From Chloroflexota bacterium (GTDB lineage Bacteria > Chloroflexota > Dormibacteria > Aeolococcales > Aeolococcaceae), in assembly GCA_005880445.1 (NCBI GenBank), contig VBGJ01000037.1, positions 1-47,773 on the forward strand: a DNA stretch of 47,773 nt, in the 5' to 3' direction. The notes beneath the pieces were generated by a model. That model was not told where the DNA came from. It worked only from the letters and a program-made list of their open reading frames with translations, and ran no database searches. Made by a program: the position numbers and the translations under genes. Positions 17,697 through 25,520 of this stretch are shown one piece after another (position 1 is the stretch's first letter; each line of letters starts with the position of its first letter).

Positions 17697-18443
17697 TCAG
17701 CTCCGCAGCGTGCGCGCGCGAAGGTGACGGCGGCGCACGCGGAGTGTTTCCAGGATCACCACTCCAACCGCGGGGGCGCCGATCCCGGCCGCCAGGGTCG
17801 GCTGCAGGGTGGGTCCCGAACCGAGCCCGCCAAAGTGACCCAGCGGCCAGATGCGGAGGAACGCCTTGGCCAGCATGTTCTTCCGCGGTACGAATCCGAA
17901 CGAACGCGAATCGCTCGAGAAATTGCGGTTGTCACCCATGACGAAGTACGCACCCTGCGGGACGGTGACCGGCAGCGCCGACGCCGACGCCGTGCCGTCG
18001 GAACGGCAGCAGTAGTTGAGCGTGGTCCACGGCTGCGCGACGTATGGCTCGTGGAGTTGTTGCCACGCCCCCTTGCCGCCGGCCTGGATGAGGACCGCGG
18101 TGGGCTGGTGACTGCCGTTGATCTGAAGCTTGTCGCCGGGCACGCCGATGACGCGCTTGATGAAGTCGCGGGTTGGGTCGTTTGGCGGCATGAGGACGAC
18201 GATGTCGCCCCGCGAGGGATTGGCGCCGAAGTCATACGACACCTTGCTGGCGAGCAGCAGGTCTTGGTCCTGCAGGGTGCCGACCATGCTCGAGCCGTCC
18301 ACGCGGACCGTCTGCAGCGCGCTCCAGATGACGATGTAGAGGATGAGCGCGATCAGCAACACCTCAAGGATGTCGCGGACCCAGTTGCCTCTCCGCGACC
18401 GCTTGGGGGTGACGGTTGGGGAAGGCGTCGCTGTCTGAGTCAC
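17697..18443 (-). CDS. lepB: signal peptidase I
   Basis: N-terminal TM helix, catalytic Ser box VDGSSMVGTL, Lys box FIKRVIGVPGD, and GDNRNFSSDSR. Confidence 0.9.
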   Translation of the reverse strand: MTQTATPSPTVTPKRSRRGNWVRDILEVLLIALILYIVIWSALQTVRVDGSSMVGTLQDQDLLLASKVSYDFGANPSRGDIVVLMPPNDPTRDFIKRVIGVPGDKLQINGSHQPTAVLIQAGGKGAWQQLHEPYVAQPWTTLNYCCRSDGTASASALPVTVPQGAYFVMGDNRNFSSDSRSFGFVPRKNMLAKAFLRIWPLGHFGGLGSGPTLQPTLAAGIGAPAVGVVILETLRVRRRHLRARTLRS

Positions 18444-18554
18444 CCGTCTCGATTATGCCGCGGGAAGCGGCTGGAGCGCCGTCGCTGGCAGAATGGTGAC
18501 AAGCTCCCGAAAGCGGCGGGTCGCGGCGTCAACCATCACACGCGAGGGCGAGCC

Positions 18555-19181
18555 ATGGCGCTTCTGACGCAGAATCCCTATAAGCAGCGGTCATTCGATC
18601 TGTATGGCCTGAAAGGGATTTCCGACCAGACTCTCGAAGTGCACTTCGGCCTTTATGCCGGGTATGTCAAAAACACGAACCTGCTCAACGAGCAGTTGGT
18701 CGAGATGTCGCAGTCAGGCAAGGCGGGTACGCCCTCGTACGCGGAGCTCACGCGCCGGCTCGGGTTCGAGTACAACGGCATGGTTCTGCACGAGTGGTAC
18801 TTCGGGAACATGACCACGGACGGCGGAGCCGATATCTCCGGCTCGTCGCCTCTCGGACGCGCTCTCGGAGAGTCCTTCGGTGACCCGGAGACGTGGAAGA
18901 AGGACTTCACCGCGATCGGCGGGATGCGCGGCGTCGGCTGGGCCGTGACATACCTGGACCCCGCGTCCGGCCGCCTGAGCAACCACTGGATCACACTGCA
19001 CGAGGACGGCAACATCGCTGGGTTCAAGCCCATCATCGTGATGGACGTCTGGGAGCATGCGTTCCTGCTGGACTACAAGCCGGCGGACCGGCCGAAGTAC
19101 ATCGAGTCGTTCCTCGCCAACCTCGACCTCACGGCAGCGGAAGCCCGGTTGACCGGCTCGGCGGAACGCCCGATCGGGTAG
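18555..19181 (+). CDS. Fe/Mn superoxide dismutase family protein
   Basis: Internal ATG at 18555 of track ORF 17724..19181. LEVHFGLYAGYV, FEYNGMVLHEWYF and DVWEHAFLLDY correspond to the SOD metal-ligand regions. Confidence 0.75.
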   Translation: MALLTQNPYKQRSFDLYGLKGISDQTLEVHFGLYAGYVKNTNLLNEQLVEMSQSGKAGTPSYAELTRRLGFEYNGMVLHEWYFGNMTTDGGADISGSSPLGRALGESFGDPETWKKDFTAIGGMRGVGWAVTYLDPASGRLSNHWITLHEDGNIAGFKPIIVMDVWEHAFLLDYKPADRPKYIESFLANLDLTAAEARLTGSAERPIG

Positions 19182-19194
19182 CGGCGCCCCGCAG

Positions 19195-20103
19195 CTACAG
19201 CGGCGGCCCGTTGAGGCGGCGGTAGAGCGCGTCGAGGTCCGAGTCGTCGAGGAAGTCGATCATCACCCGGCCCCCGGTCCTGGGATTGCGTGCGATTCGA
19301 ACCGGGAGACCCAGGGCCGATTCAAACCCGCGCCGCAGCGCTTCGTCATCCGGGTGGAGGTGCGCCTCGCGGCGCTGTGGCCGCGCCGCGCCGGGCGTCC
19401 GCGGCGCCGTGCGTTCCTGCACGACGCGCTCCGTCTCGCGGACGGAGAGCCCGCCCGTCACCACCTCGCGCGCCACCGATTCCTGCAGCGAGGCGCCTGG
19501 CAAACCCAGGAGGGTGCGGGCGTGACCGGCGCTGAGCTGACCGTCGGCCACGGCTTCTTGCACCGGCGCCGGCAGACCTAGCAGGCGGATGGTGTTGGTG
19601 ATCGCCGGCCGGCTCCTCCCGAGCCGCAGTGCGATGGCCTCGTGCGACAGCCCGAACGTGTCGGCGAGCCGGGCGTAGGCGGCGGCCTCCTCCATCGGGT
19701 TCAGGTCGGTCCGCATCAGGTTCTCGGTGAGGGCGATCTCCAACGCTTGGCGATCGGACTCCGCGGCGGGCCGGAGGATGGCCGGGATCACCGTGACGCC
19801 CGCCCGTTGTGCGGCGCGTAGGCGGCGCTCCCCGGCGACGAGCCGGTACGCGGCGCCATCGCGCTGCACCACGATCGGGTGGAGCAGGCCGTGGAGGCGG
19901 ATCGATTCCCCCAGCGCATCGAGATCCCCTTCGTCGAACGCGCGTCTCGGCTGCTGGGGATTCGGTCCGACCTCGTCGGGGGCGACGCTGATCAGCGCGG
20001 GCTCGGCGCCCTCCGGACGGCTGGCGGGATTGAGCAACGCTTCGAGGCCGCGACCGAGCCCCTTGCGGCGGAAGCTGCGGGCCGGGGAGGGGGCGTCGCT
20101 CAC
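19195..20103 (-). CDS. parB: ParB/Spo0J chromosome partitioning protein
   Basis: GTG at 20103 overlaps the parA stop (GTGA). KGLGRGLEALL, PNPQQPRR.F, LHPIVV, LVAGERRLRAA, ALTENL.R.DLNP.EEA, HTH region. Confidence 0.9.
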   Translation of the reverse strand: MSDAPSPARSFRRKGLGRGLEALLNPASRPEGAEPALISVAPDEVGPNPQQPRRAFDEGDLDALGESIRLHGLLHPIVVQRDGAAYRLVAGERRLRAAQRAGVTVIPAILRPAAESDRQALEIALTENLMRTDLNPMEEAAAYARLADTFGLSHEAIALRLGRSRPAITNTIRLLGLPAPVQEAVADGQLSAGHARTLLGLPGASLQESVAREVVTGGLSVRETERVVQERTAPRTPGAARPQRREAHLHPDDEALRRGFESALGLPVRIARNPRTGGRVMIDFLDDSDLDALYRRLNGPPL

Positions 20104-20906
20104 GCCGGCGGGATGTCCGACGCCCGCACTGCGTCGCGCCGGAGGCGCTGGTCGAGCGTCGCCGCCAGCTCCCGGTAGGCGATGGCACCGCGGCTGTTCG
20201 GGTCGTAGCGCGTGATGGGCAGACCGTGGCTGGGCGCCTCGCTGAGCCGGACGTTGCGAGGAATCAGCGGGGTGAGGAGCTGGTCGCCGAACCGGGTCCT
20301 GACCTCGTCCACCACCTGATGCGCCAGGGCGAGACGGCCGTCGAAGAGCGTCATCACGATGCCCGCGATCTCCAGGCTGGGGTTGAGCTCCCGGCGAAGC
20401 AGTGCGAGCGTGTGCATCAAGAGCCCCAGCCCCTCGAGCGCATAGAACTCGCACTGGATCGGCACCAGAAGCGCCTCGGCGGCGACCACCGCGTTGACCG
20501 TGAGCAGACCGAGGCTCGGCGGACAGTCGATGAAGATGTACTCGTCGCCGCTGTCCCCGGCGGCCTCCAGCGCGTAGCGCAGGCGATGCTCGCGACGTGC
20601 CATGCCGACCAGCTCGATCTCGGAGCCGGCCAGGGCGACGTCGGAGGGCACGATGTCGAGGCCGGGCACGGCGGTGGGAATCCGGGCGTCGACAAGCGGA
20701 CGGCCCAGCACCACCACGTCGTAGCTGCTCGCCCGGACGGCCCCCCGATCCACCCCCAGGCCCGAGGTCGCGTTCGCCTGCGGATCCACGTCGATCAGGA
20801 GCACGCGCCGTCCCCGATCCGCCAGGGCCGCAGCCAGGTTGACCGCAGTCGTCGTCTTGCCCACGCCGCCCTTCTGGTTGGCGACGGCGAGAATGGTGGC
20901 GCCCAT
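20100..20906 (-). CDS. parA: ParA/Soj chromosome partitioning ATPase
   Basis: Internal ATG at 20906 of track ORF 20100..21098 gives MGATILAVANQKGGVGKTTTAVNLAAALA (deviant Walker A). Also LLIDVDPQANAT and IFIDCPPSLG. Confidence 0.9.
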   Translation of the reverse strand: MGATILAVANQKGGVGKTTTAVNLAAALADRGRRVLLIDVDPQANATSGLGVDRGAVRASSYDVVVLGRPLVDARIPTAVPGLDIVPSDVALAGSEIELVGMARREHRLRYALEAAGDSGDEYIFIDCPPSLGLLTVNAVVAAEALLVPIQCEFYALEGLGLLMHTLALLRRELNPSLEIAGIVMTLFDGRLALAHQVVDEVRTRFGDQLLTPLIPRNVRLSEAPSHGLPITRYDPNSRGAIAYRELAATLDQRLRRDAVRASDIPPA

Positions 20907-21046
20907 GGCTGTGCGGATTATGTGGGCAGCCAGGACGATCTGGCAGGGTGCCGCCACCGTGAACCGGTTTTCCACGTTTTCCCCAGGGGGTGGGTTTGCG
21001 GCCAGACCGTCTTGCGAATACGGTTTACCCAGGTCGTTAACAGCTC

Positions 21047-21055
21047 TGTGGATAA
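21047..21055 (-). promoter_or_regulatory. DnaA box, perfect (TGTGGATAA on the plus strand)
   Basis: 9/9 consensus match in the parA upstream spacer. A TTTTCCACG variant lies at 20968-20976. Confidence 0.6.
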
Positions 21056-21140
21056 GGCCCACCCGGAAACGCCGCCATGAGCGCTCGAGCCGTTCCACGA
21101 GAATCTTGACGGTGAAACAGAGCTGTGGTTAGCTGTTTGT

Positions 21141-21518
21141 GTGCCAGTCGAGCCCATCGCAACCGGGTTTCTCGTGGGGCTCCTCGTCGGTGAGGGCCAC
21201 TTTGGCGGGGACGGTCGTCAACCGCAGATCACGCTTCGCATGCACGTCCGCCATGAGGAAACGTTCCGGTGGATCGATCGCACCTTTCCGGGGGGTGCCC
21301 TGTACGGCCCATATCACCACGGCGGCAGGTCGTACTTCCAGTGGATCGCTCGCGGGGTGTACCTGCGCTCCCGGTTGGCGCCGCTGATCCAGGAGCACCG
21401 CGACCTCCTCGACCCGTACGCGGCGGGGCGATTCGACGCGATGTGTGAGCGGTATGGGCTGCACCTCGCCGGGGCTGCCGCTCCGCCGCCGCCCGAGGGC
21501 ACGGCGGCGGGCACGTAG
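21141..21518 (+). CDS. free-standing single-motif LAGLIDADG-like homing-endonuclease family protein
   Basis: N-terminus IATGFLVGLLVGEGHFGG matches the LAGLIDADG helix (acidic residue is E), followed by a beta-rich core (ITLRMHVRHEETFRWI...YFQWIARG). About 125 aa, the size of a homodimeric enzyme. Confidence 0.55.
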   Translation: MPVEPIATGFLVGLLVGEGHFGGDGRQPQITLRMHVRHEETFRWIDRTFPGGALYGPYHHGGRSYFQWIARGVYLRSRLAPLIQEHRDLLDPYAAGRFDAMCERYGLHLAGAAAPPPPEGTAAGT

Positions 21519-21528
21519 AATCCAGCCC

Positions 21529-22179
21529 GTGTTCGGCACCGCCAAGGAAAAGCACAGCTGGCGCTTCACGGCCGCCGCCCCACCGCGGGAGGTGTTCGCC
21601 GTGATGGAACAACTGATCGGCACGCCGCCCTACCGCTTCCAGGTGGTGGGCGACGACGAGGCCCGCGCCCTGGAGGTCCAGCGGCGGGGCTTTTTCGGCA
21701 ACTGGGGCCGTCCGCGCATCGCCGTGCGCTGGATCTCGTGCCGCGCCGACGCCGGACCCTCCGGCACGCGGGTGGAGGTCAAGGCGAGCTCTGGGGGCGG
21801 CCTGGTCTTCAAAGCCCTGGGCAAGGCCGACGGCGGCCCGGACTCCCGGGCCCTGCAGCTGGTGCGGCTGCTGACCTCGGGCAATCGTGACCAGCGCACG
21901 CTCTACCGCCGCAGGAGCATCCCACCCGGGCCGGTCAGCCTGGTGGCGTCCTGGGCGGGCATGCCGTACCGGCTCTTTGCGGAACCGCGCTTCGATGCAC
22001 CTCGCGGCATCGAGATCCTCACGGCGACGGAGCTGGAGGCGGTCCCCGGAGGCGAAGGGCCGTTCGTGCGTGTCCGGCTGCGCGACGGCACGGAAGGATT
22101 CGTCGAGAGCGACCAGATCGTGGCCGCCCCGGACGTCGCCACCCGCGAGGCTCAGGCGGACGCTGCTCGCTTCGTCTGA
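21529..22179 (+). CDS. hypothetical protein with a C-terminal SH3-like domain
   Basis: Track ORF 21445..22179. GTG at 21529 is the first start after the LAGLIDADG stop. The C-terminus GEGPFVRVRLRDGTEGFVESDQIV resembles bacterial SH3_3. Confidence 0.5.
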   Translation: MFGTAKEKHSWRFTAAAPPREVFAVMEQLIGTPPYRFQVVGDDEARALEVQRRGFFGNWGRPRIAVRWISCRADAGPSGTRVEVKASSGGGLVFKALGKADGGPDSRALQLVRLLTSGNRDQRTLYRRRSIPPGPVSLVASWAGMPYRLFAEPRFDAPRGIEILTATELEAVPGGEGPFVRVRLRDGTEGFVESDQIVAAPDVATREAQADAARFV

Positions 22180-22295
22180 GCCCGCGGGCGCGCAGTCACG
22201 CGGCGATCGCGTCGCACACGCGTCATGGCGGGAGATGACCGCTCAACGGGCGGTCGTGCGTCTCTCCGGTGTTGTTTGACCTGTTACCCCGGCAG

Positions 22296-22349
22296 TCAGC
22301 TCCCCACCACGTGGGTCGGGCAGGAGGTGGTACTCGAACAATCGGTCAT
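22296..22349 (-). CDS. candidate 17-aa Cys/Ser/Thr-rich small ORF (MTDCSSTTSCPTHVVGS)
   Basis: ATG preceded by AAAAGGAGGA (10-nt spacing) inside an otherwise non-coding 315-bp spacer. No other support. Confidence 0.2.
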   Translation of the reverse strand: MTDCSSTTSCPTHVVGS

Positions 22350-22494
22350 GGGCGAAGGTCCTCCTTTTGGCTGAGTGCCGCCGACGCCGCTTGTCCGCGA
22401 TGCGTCATTGCTGGGTGCGGGGCGACGCGGGGCCGAGAGACGCAGCGACAGTGTACGGGGTGGCCGGCGATGTTGGAGGTGTGGCAGCTCCCGC

Positions 22495-22857
22495 CTACAG
22501 CGGCTGGCGACCCGCGAAGCCGGTGTCGCGCGGATGCCAGAACCCGACGGCGGCCTCGCCCAGGCGCCAGCACAGATAGACGGGATTTTCGTTGCGCATA
22601 GCGGGAAAATCGACCAGGCCTGACTCCGGATCGCGCACCACGACGCCGAGGTCGTTGACCTCCTCGAGCAGACGCGTGTAGCCGCCGCTCGCCTGACTCT
22701 CGGGCGGGCTCGGGGCAGCGCCATTCGACGCGACACGACGCTGTGCCGTACGACCGACGGATTGAAACTCGGTGTGCGCGCCCTGCAGCTGGGTGAGCAG
22801 CTCGGTCAGCCGCGGCAGCAGCGAGTTGGCCTCGTCCTCAGAGAAGATGCGTTCCAC
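22495..22857 (-). CDS. DUF2203 domain protein
   Basis: F...EAN.LLP.L......L and ...GVVVRDPESGLVDFPAMRNENPVYLCWRLGE..VGFWH....GFAGRQPL match the DUF2203 pattern. Confidence 0.7.
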   Translation of the reverse strand: MERIFSEDEANSLLPRLTELLTQLQGAHTEFQSVGRTAQRRVASNGAAPSPPESQASGGYTRLLEEVNDLGVVVRDPESGLVDFPAMRNENPVYLCWRLGEAAVGFWHPRDTGFAGRQPL

Positions 22858-22890
22858 AGACTCAACAATGGCAGGCCGCGCGCCGAAGAG

Positions 22891-23265
22891 TCAGTAGATG
22901 CCGAGCTCGAGCTTGGCCTCGTCGCTCGCCATCGTGCGCGGGTCCCAGGGCGGCGACCACACGATATTGACATGTACGTCACGAACTCCTGGGAGTGGCG
23001 AGCACACCGCATGTGCCTGGGTCTGGATGACCGGTCCCAATGGACAGTACGGCGTCGTCAGGGTCATGTCGATGATGAGCTTGCCCTCATCCTCGAAATG
23101 CGACCCGTAGACGAGCCCCAGCGACACGATGTCGATGCCGATCTCGGGATCGTAGACCTCGCTGAGCGCCGCGAGAACCAGCTCCTCTGATGCGCGTGCC
23201 TCACCGTTTGCCGGAGCGGATTCTTCCGGCACGGGGCCTTCGTGTGGTTGCGACAGGTCGCTCAT
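22891..23265 (-). CDS. sufT: Fe-S cluster assembly protein SufT (DUF59/MIP18 family)
   Basis: Internal ATG at 23265 (ATGA overlap with the sufU stop). VYDPEIGIDIVSLGLVY...MTLTTPYCPLG...V.VNIVWSPPW. Confidence 0.85.
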   Translation of the reverse strand: MSDLSQPHEGPVPEESAPANGEARASEELVLAALSEVYDPEIGIDIVSLGLVYGSHFEDEGKLIIDMTLTTPYCPLGPVIQTQAHAVCSPLPGVRDVHVNIVWSPPWDPRTMASDEAKLELGIY

Positions 23266-23626
23266 GTCACCGTCAGATGGGCGGCGGTGGCACCGTCCTG
23301 CAGCGCCTCGAGCAGCGCGTTCCAGGCCAGCGCCGCGCACTTGACGCGCACGGGATACGCTCGCACACCGCGAAGCGCTTCGAGATCACCGAGATCGTCG
23401 GGCGCATCGGATCCCTGGAGCATGGCGCGAAAGCGGCCGGCCAGGGCGGTTGCGTCTTTCGCCGCCATTCCGGTGACGCTGTCGCACAGCATGCTCGCGG
23501 ATGCCTGGCTGATCGAACAGCCGCGGCCGGTGAAACCGATGGCGTGTTGTGTCGCGGGTTGCGGTAGTGGTCGAGGATGATCTCGCGGTAGAGATCGTCG
23601 TCCACCGGCGTGAAGCTCGCAGCCAT
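23262..23626 (-). pseudogene. sufU: sufU/iscU-type Fe-S scaffold gene, disrupted by an internal deletion plus frameshift
   Basis: ATG at 23626 gives MAASFTPVDDDLYREIILDHYRNPRHNT. A different frame then reads IGFTGRGCSISQASASMLCDSVTG...LEALRGVRAYPVRVKCAALAWNAL. The about 30 residues between them, carrying the NPxCGD Cys/Asp ligands, are missing. Confidence 0.65.
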
Positions 23627-23651
23627 GGATCCATCGTAGTCCAACGGCGCT

Positions 23652-24929
23652 ATGGCGAAACCTGACGACTCGTCACCGGCGGAGAATGGCGCGGTGTTTC
23701 CCTTCGGATCGCTCGCGCGCGTCGTTCGCGGGCGGCACGACCCCGCCTTCTGGCTGCTGCTCGGACAGCTGATCATGTTCACCGGGATCGCGGCGCTCTT
23801 TCCCGTGGCGCCGCTGTACGTTGCCGCGCATGGCGGTGGGTCCTCCGCCATCGCGCTCTTCATCGCCGGACCGCTCCTTGCCAATACGCTGGTGCAGGTA
23901 CCCGCCGGGCGCCTCGCCGATCGCTTGGGCCGGCGTCCCATGCTCATCGGCACCCGCGTCGTCTACGGAGTGGTCTCACTCGCGCTGTTCGCCGATGCGG
24001 GGCCGCTCTGGCTGCTGGCGCTGCTGCGCACTCTCCAAGGAGCCAGCAGCGGGGCATACGTGCCCGCCATGCTCGCCGCGCTCACCGACCTCAGTGAGCC
24101 GGGGTCGCGAGGCAGACGCTTCGGTCAGCTCCAGGCGTGCGAGATGGCCGGACTGCTGCTCGGGCCGGCGCTCGGCGGCGCCGTGGCCCTGTGGCGTGTG
24201 TCGGGAGCATTCGGGGTCTCGGGTATCGCGGTGCTGCTCGGCATACTTCCGATGCTCCGCCTCCCCGAGACGCGTGCGGCGCGGCCGTCGCGGCGTGACG
24301 CGGTGCGTCTGCGCTGGTGGCGGATCCGCGGGATCATCGTGCCGGCGCTGGGTCTTCTCGCCATCGGCACAGTGTTCTCGATGTACGACGTCGTCTGGCC
24401 GCAGTACCTCACGGCACGCGGCAACAGCGCATTCGTGATCGGACTGTCGATCAGCCTGTTTGCCGTGCCCATACTGCTGCTCGCCGGGCAGGGCGGACGG
24501 CTCTCGGACCGCCTCGACCGCCGCCGACTGGTGCCCGCCGCGATGCTGGTGACGGCCGCCTGTGCAGCCAGCTACCCGTTGCTCAGAAGCCTGGCCGTCA
24601 TCCTCATCATCGGCACCGTGGAGGCGCTGGCCTTCGTGTTCCTCGAACCGAGCCTGCTGGCGGTCATCGGCGACAGCGCGCCCGAGCACGAGCGCGGCCA
24701 AGCCATGGGCGTGGGCGGCTTTTTCCAGTTCGGCGGGAGTGCGTTGGGCGCCGCGGTGCTGGGTTCGCTCTACGGCGTCCGCGAAGGGATTCCATTCTGG
24801 GGAGGCGCCGCCATGCTCGTCCTAGCCGCGATCGTGTGTGCCACATCGCTCCCGAGGCCGCGGCATCCGGCGGCGGTGGTGGCTGCGCTGCCTCCGGTGC
24901 TGCCCATGCGGGAAGGCGAGGCCGTCTAG
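23652..24929 (+). CDS. MFS transporter
   Basis: 425 aa with about 12 hydrophobic segments. The MFS loop motif GRLADRLGRRPML lies between TM2 and TM3. Confidence 0.85.
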   Translation: MAKPDDSSPAENGAVFPFGSLARVVRGRHDPAFWLLLGQLIMFTGIAALFPVAPLYVAAHGGGSSAIALFIAGPLLANTLVQVPAGRLADRLGRRPMLIGTRVVYGVVSLALFADAGPLWLLALLRTLQGASSGAYVPAMLAALTDLSEPGSRGRRFGQLQACEMAGLLLGPALGGAVALWRVSGAFGVSGIAVLLGILPMLRLPETRAARPSRRDAVRLRWWRIRGIIVPALGLLAIGTVFSMYDVVWPQYLTARGNSAFVIGLSISLFAVPILLLAGQGGRLSDRLDRRRLVPAAMLVTAACAASYPLLRSLAVILIIGTVEALAFVFLEPSLLAVIGDSAPEHERGQAMGVGGFFQFGGSALGAAVLGSLYGVREGIPFWGGAAMLVLAAIVCATSLPRPRHPAAVVAALPPVLPMREGEAV

Positions 24930-24931
24930 CC

Positions 24932-25438
24932 ATGCCGGCGCACGCCCTGCTGCTCGGCCACGGCGCATCTGGCACGGCGGCGTCGATGCAACCGTGGGTC
25001 CGCTCGCTCGCCGCGCACGGTGTCGCCGGCGTCGCACTCGAGCTTCCCAAGTCAAACGCGGACAGAGCGGCCGAGGTCTTCAAGCGAGCGCTTGCCGGCG
25101 AGCCGGAAGCGGCGATCGGTGGACACTCGTACGGCGGCCGAGTGGCGAGCCTGCTCGCGGCCGCGCAACCGGTGGCCGCGCTCGTGCTGCTGAGCTATCC
25201 GCTGCACCGGCCGGGGCATCCGGAGGAGCTGCGCACTGATCATTGGCGGCGCATCGCGTGTCCGGTGCTGCTGCTGTCGGGCGAGCGCGATCAGTTCGCG
25301 ACGCTGGACTTGCTACAACGCGAGGCGCGAAAGCTGAAGCGCGCGGAGCTGTTCACGTACCCGGGACAACGGCACGGTTTGCTCGATGTCAAGGACGATG
25401 CGGCGCGCCGCATCGCGGCGTTTCTGGCGTCGAACTAG
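24932..25438 (+). CDS. alpha/beta hydrolase family protein (KANL3/Tex30-like)
   Basis: ATG 2 nt after the MFS stop. LLLGHGASG..., nucleophile elbow GGHSYGG, then LLLSGERD and a C-terminal His. Confidence 0.7.
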   Translation: MPAHALLLGHGASGTAASMQPWVRSLAAHGVAGVALELPKSNADRAAEVFKRALAGEPEAAIGGHSYGGRVASLLAAAQPVAALVLLSYPLHRPGHPEELRTDHWRRIACPVLLLSGERDQFATLDLLQREARKLKRAELFTYPGQRHGLLDVKDDAARRIAAFLASN

Positions 25439-25503
25439 GAGGGGCGGGACGTGCGCGCAGGCGCCCTAGCTCAGGAGGCGCCGTAGCGCATGTCCCGCCC
25501 CTC
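25439..25503 (+). repeat. structured hairpin repeat H1 (loop CTAGCTCAGGA)
   Basis: GAGGGGCGGGACGTGCGC-GCA-GGCGCC-CTAGCTCAGGA-GGCGCC-GTA-GCGCATGTCCCGCCCCTC. It starts 1 nt after the hydrolase TAG and ends 18 nt before the sufS stop. Confidence 0.85.
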
Positions 25504-25520
25504 GCAGACCACGGAACGCG

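Noticed and set aside
20104-20454. Upstream extension of the parB ORF (419-aa version) and of the parA ORF to 21098
   Set aside because: The extensions overlap the neighbouring gene or spacer and have no homology-like pattern. The internal starts reproduce the canonical N-termini (KGLGRGLEALL, and the KGGVGKTT box 8 residues from Met).
21104-21119. Possible parS site (tcttgacgGTGAAACA) upstream of parA
   Set aside because: Only the right half matches the TGTTTCACGTGAAACA consensus (11/16 overall). I found no full palindromic parS anywhere in the window.
25460-25482. TAGCTCAGGAGG in the hairpin loops looks like a tRNA D-arm (TAGCTCAG..GG), suggesting a tRNA or tRNA-derived element
   Set aside because: No acceptor stem, anticodon arm or T-arm (GGTTCGAATCC-type) can be drawn around any of the four copies. 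The resemblance is limited to 8-9 nt inside a simple hairpin.
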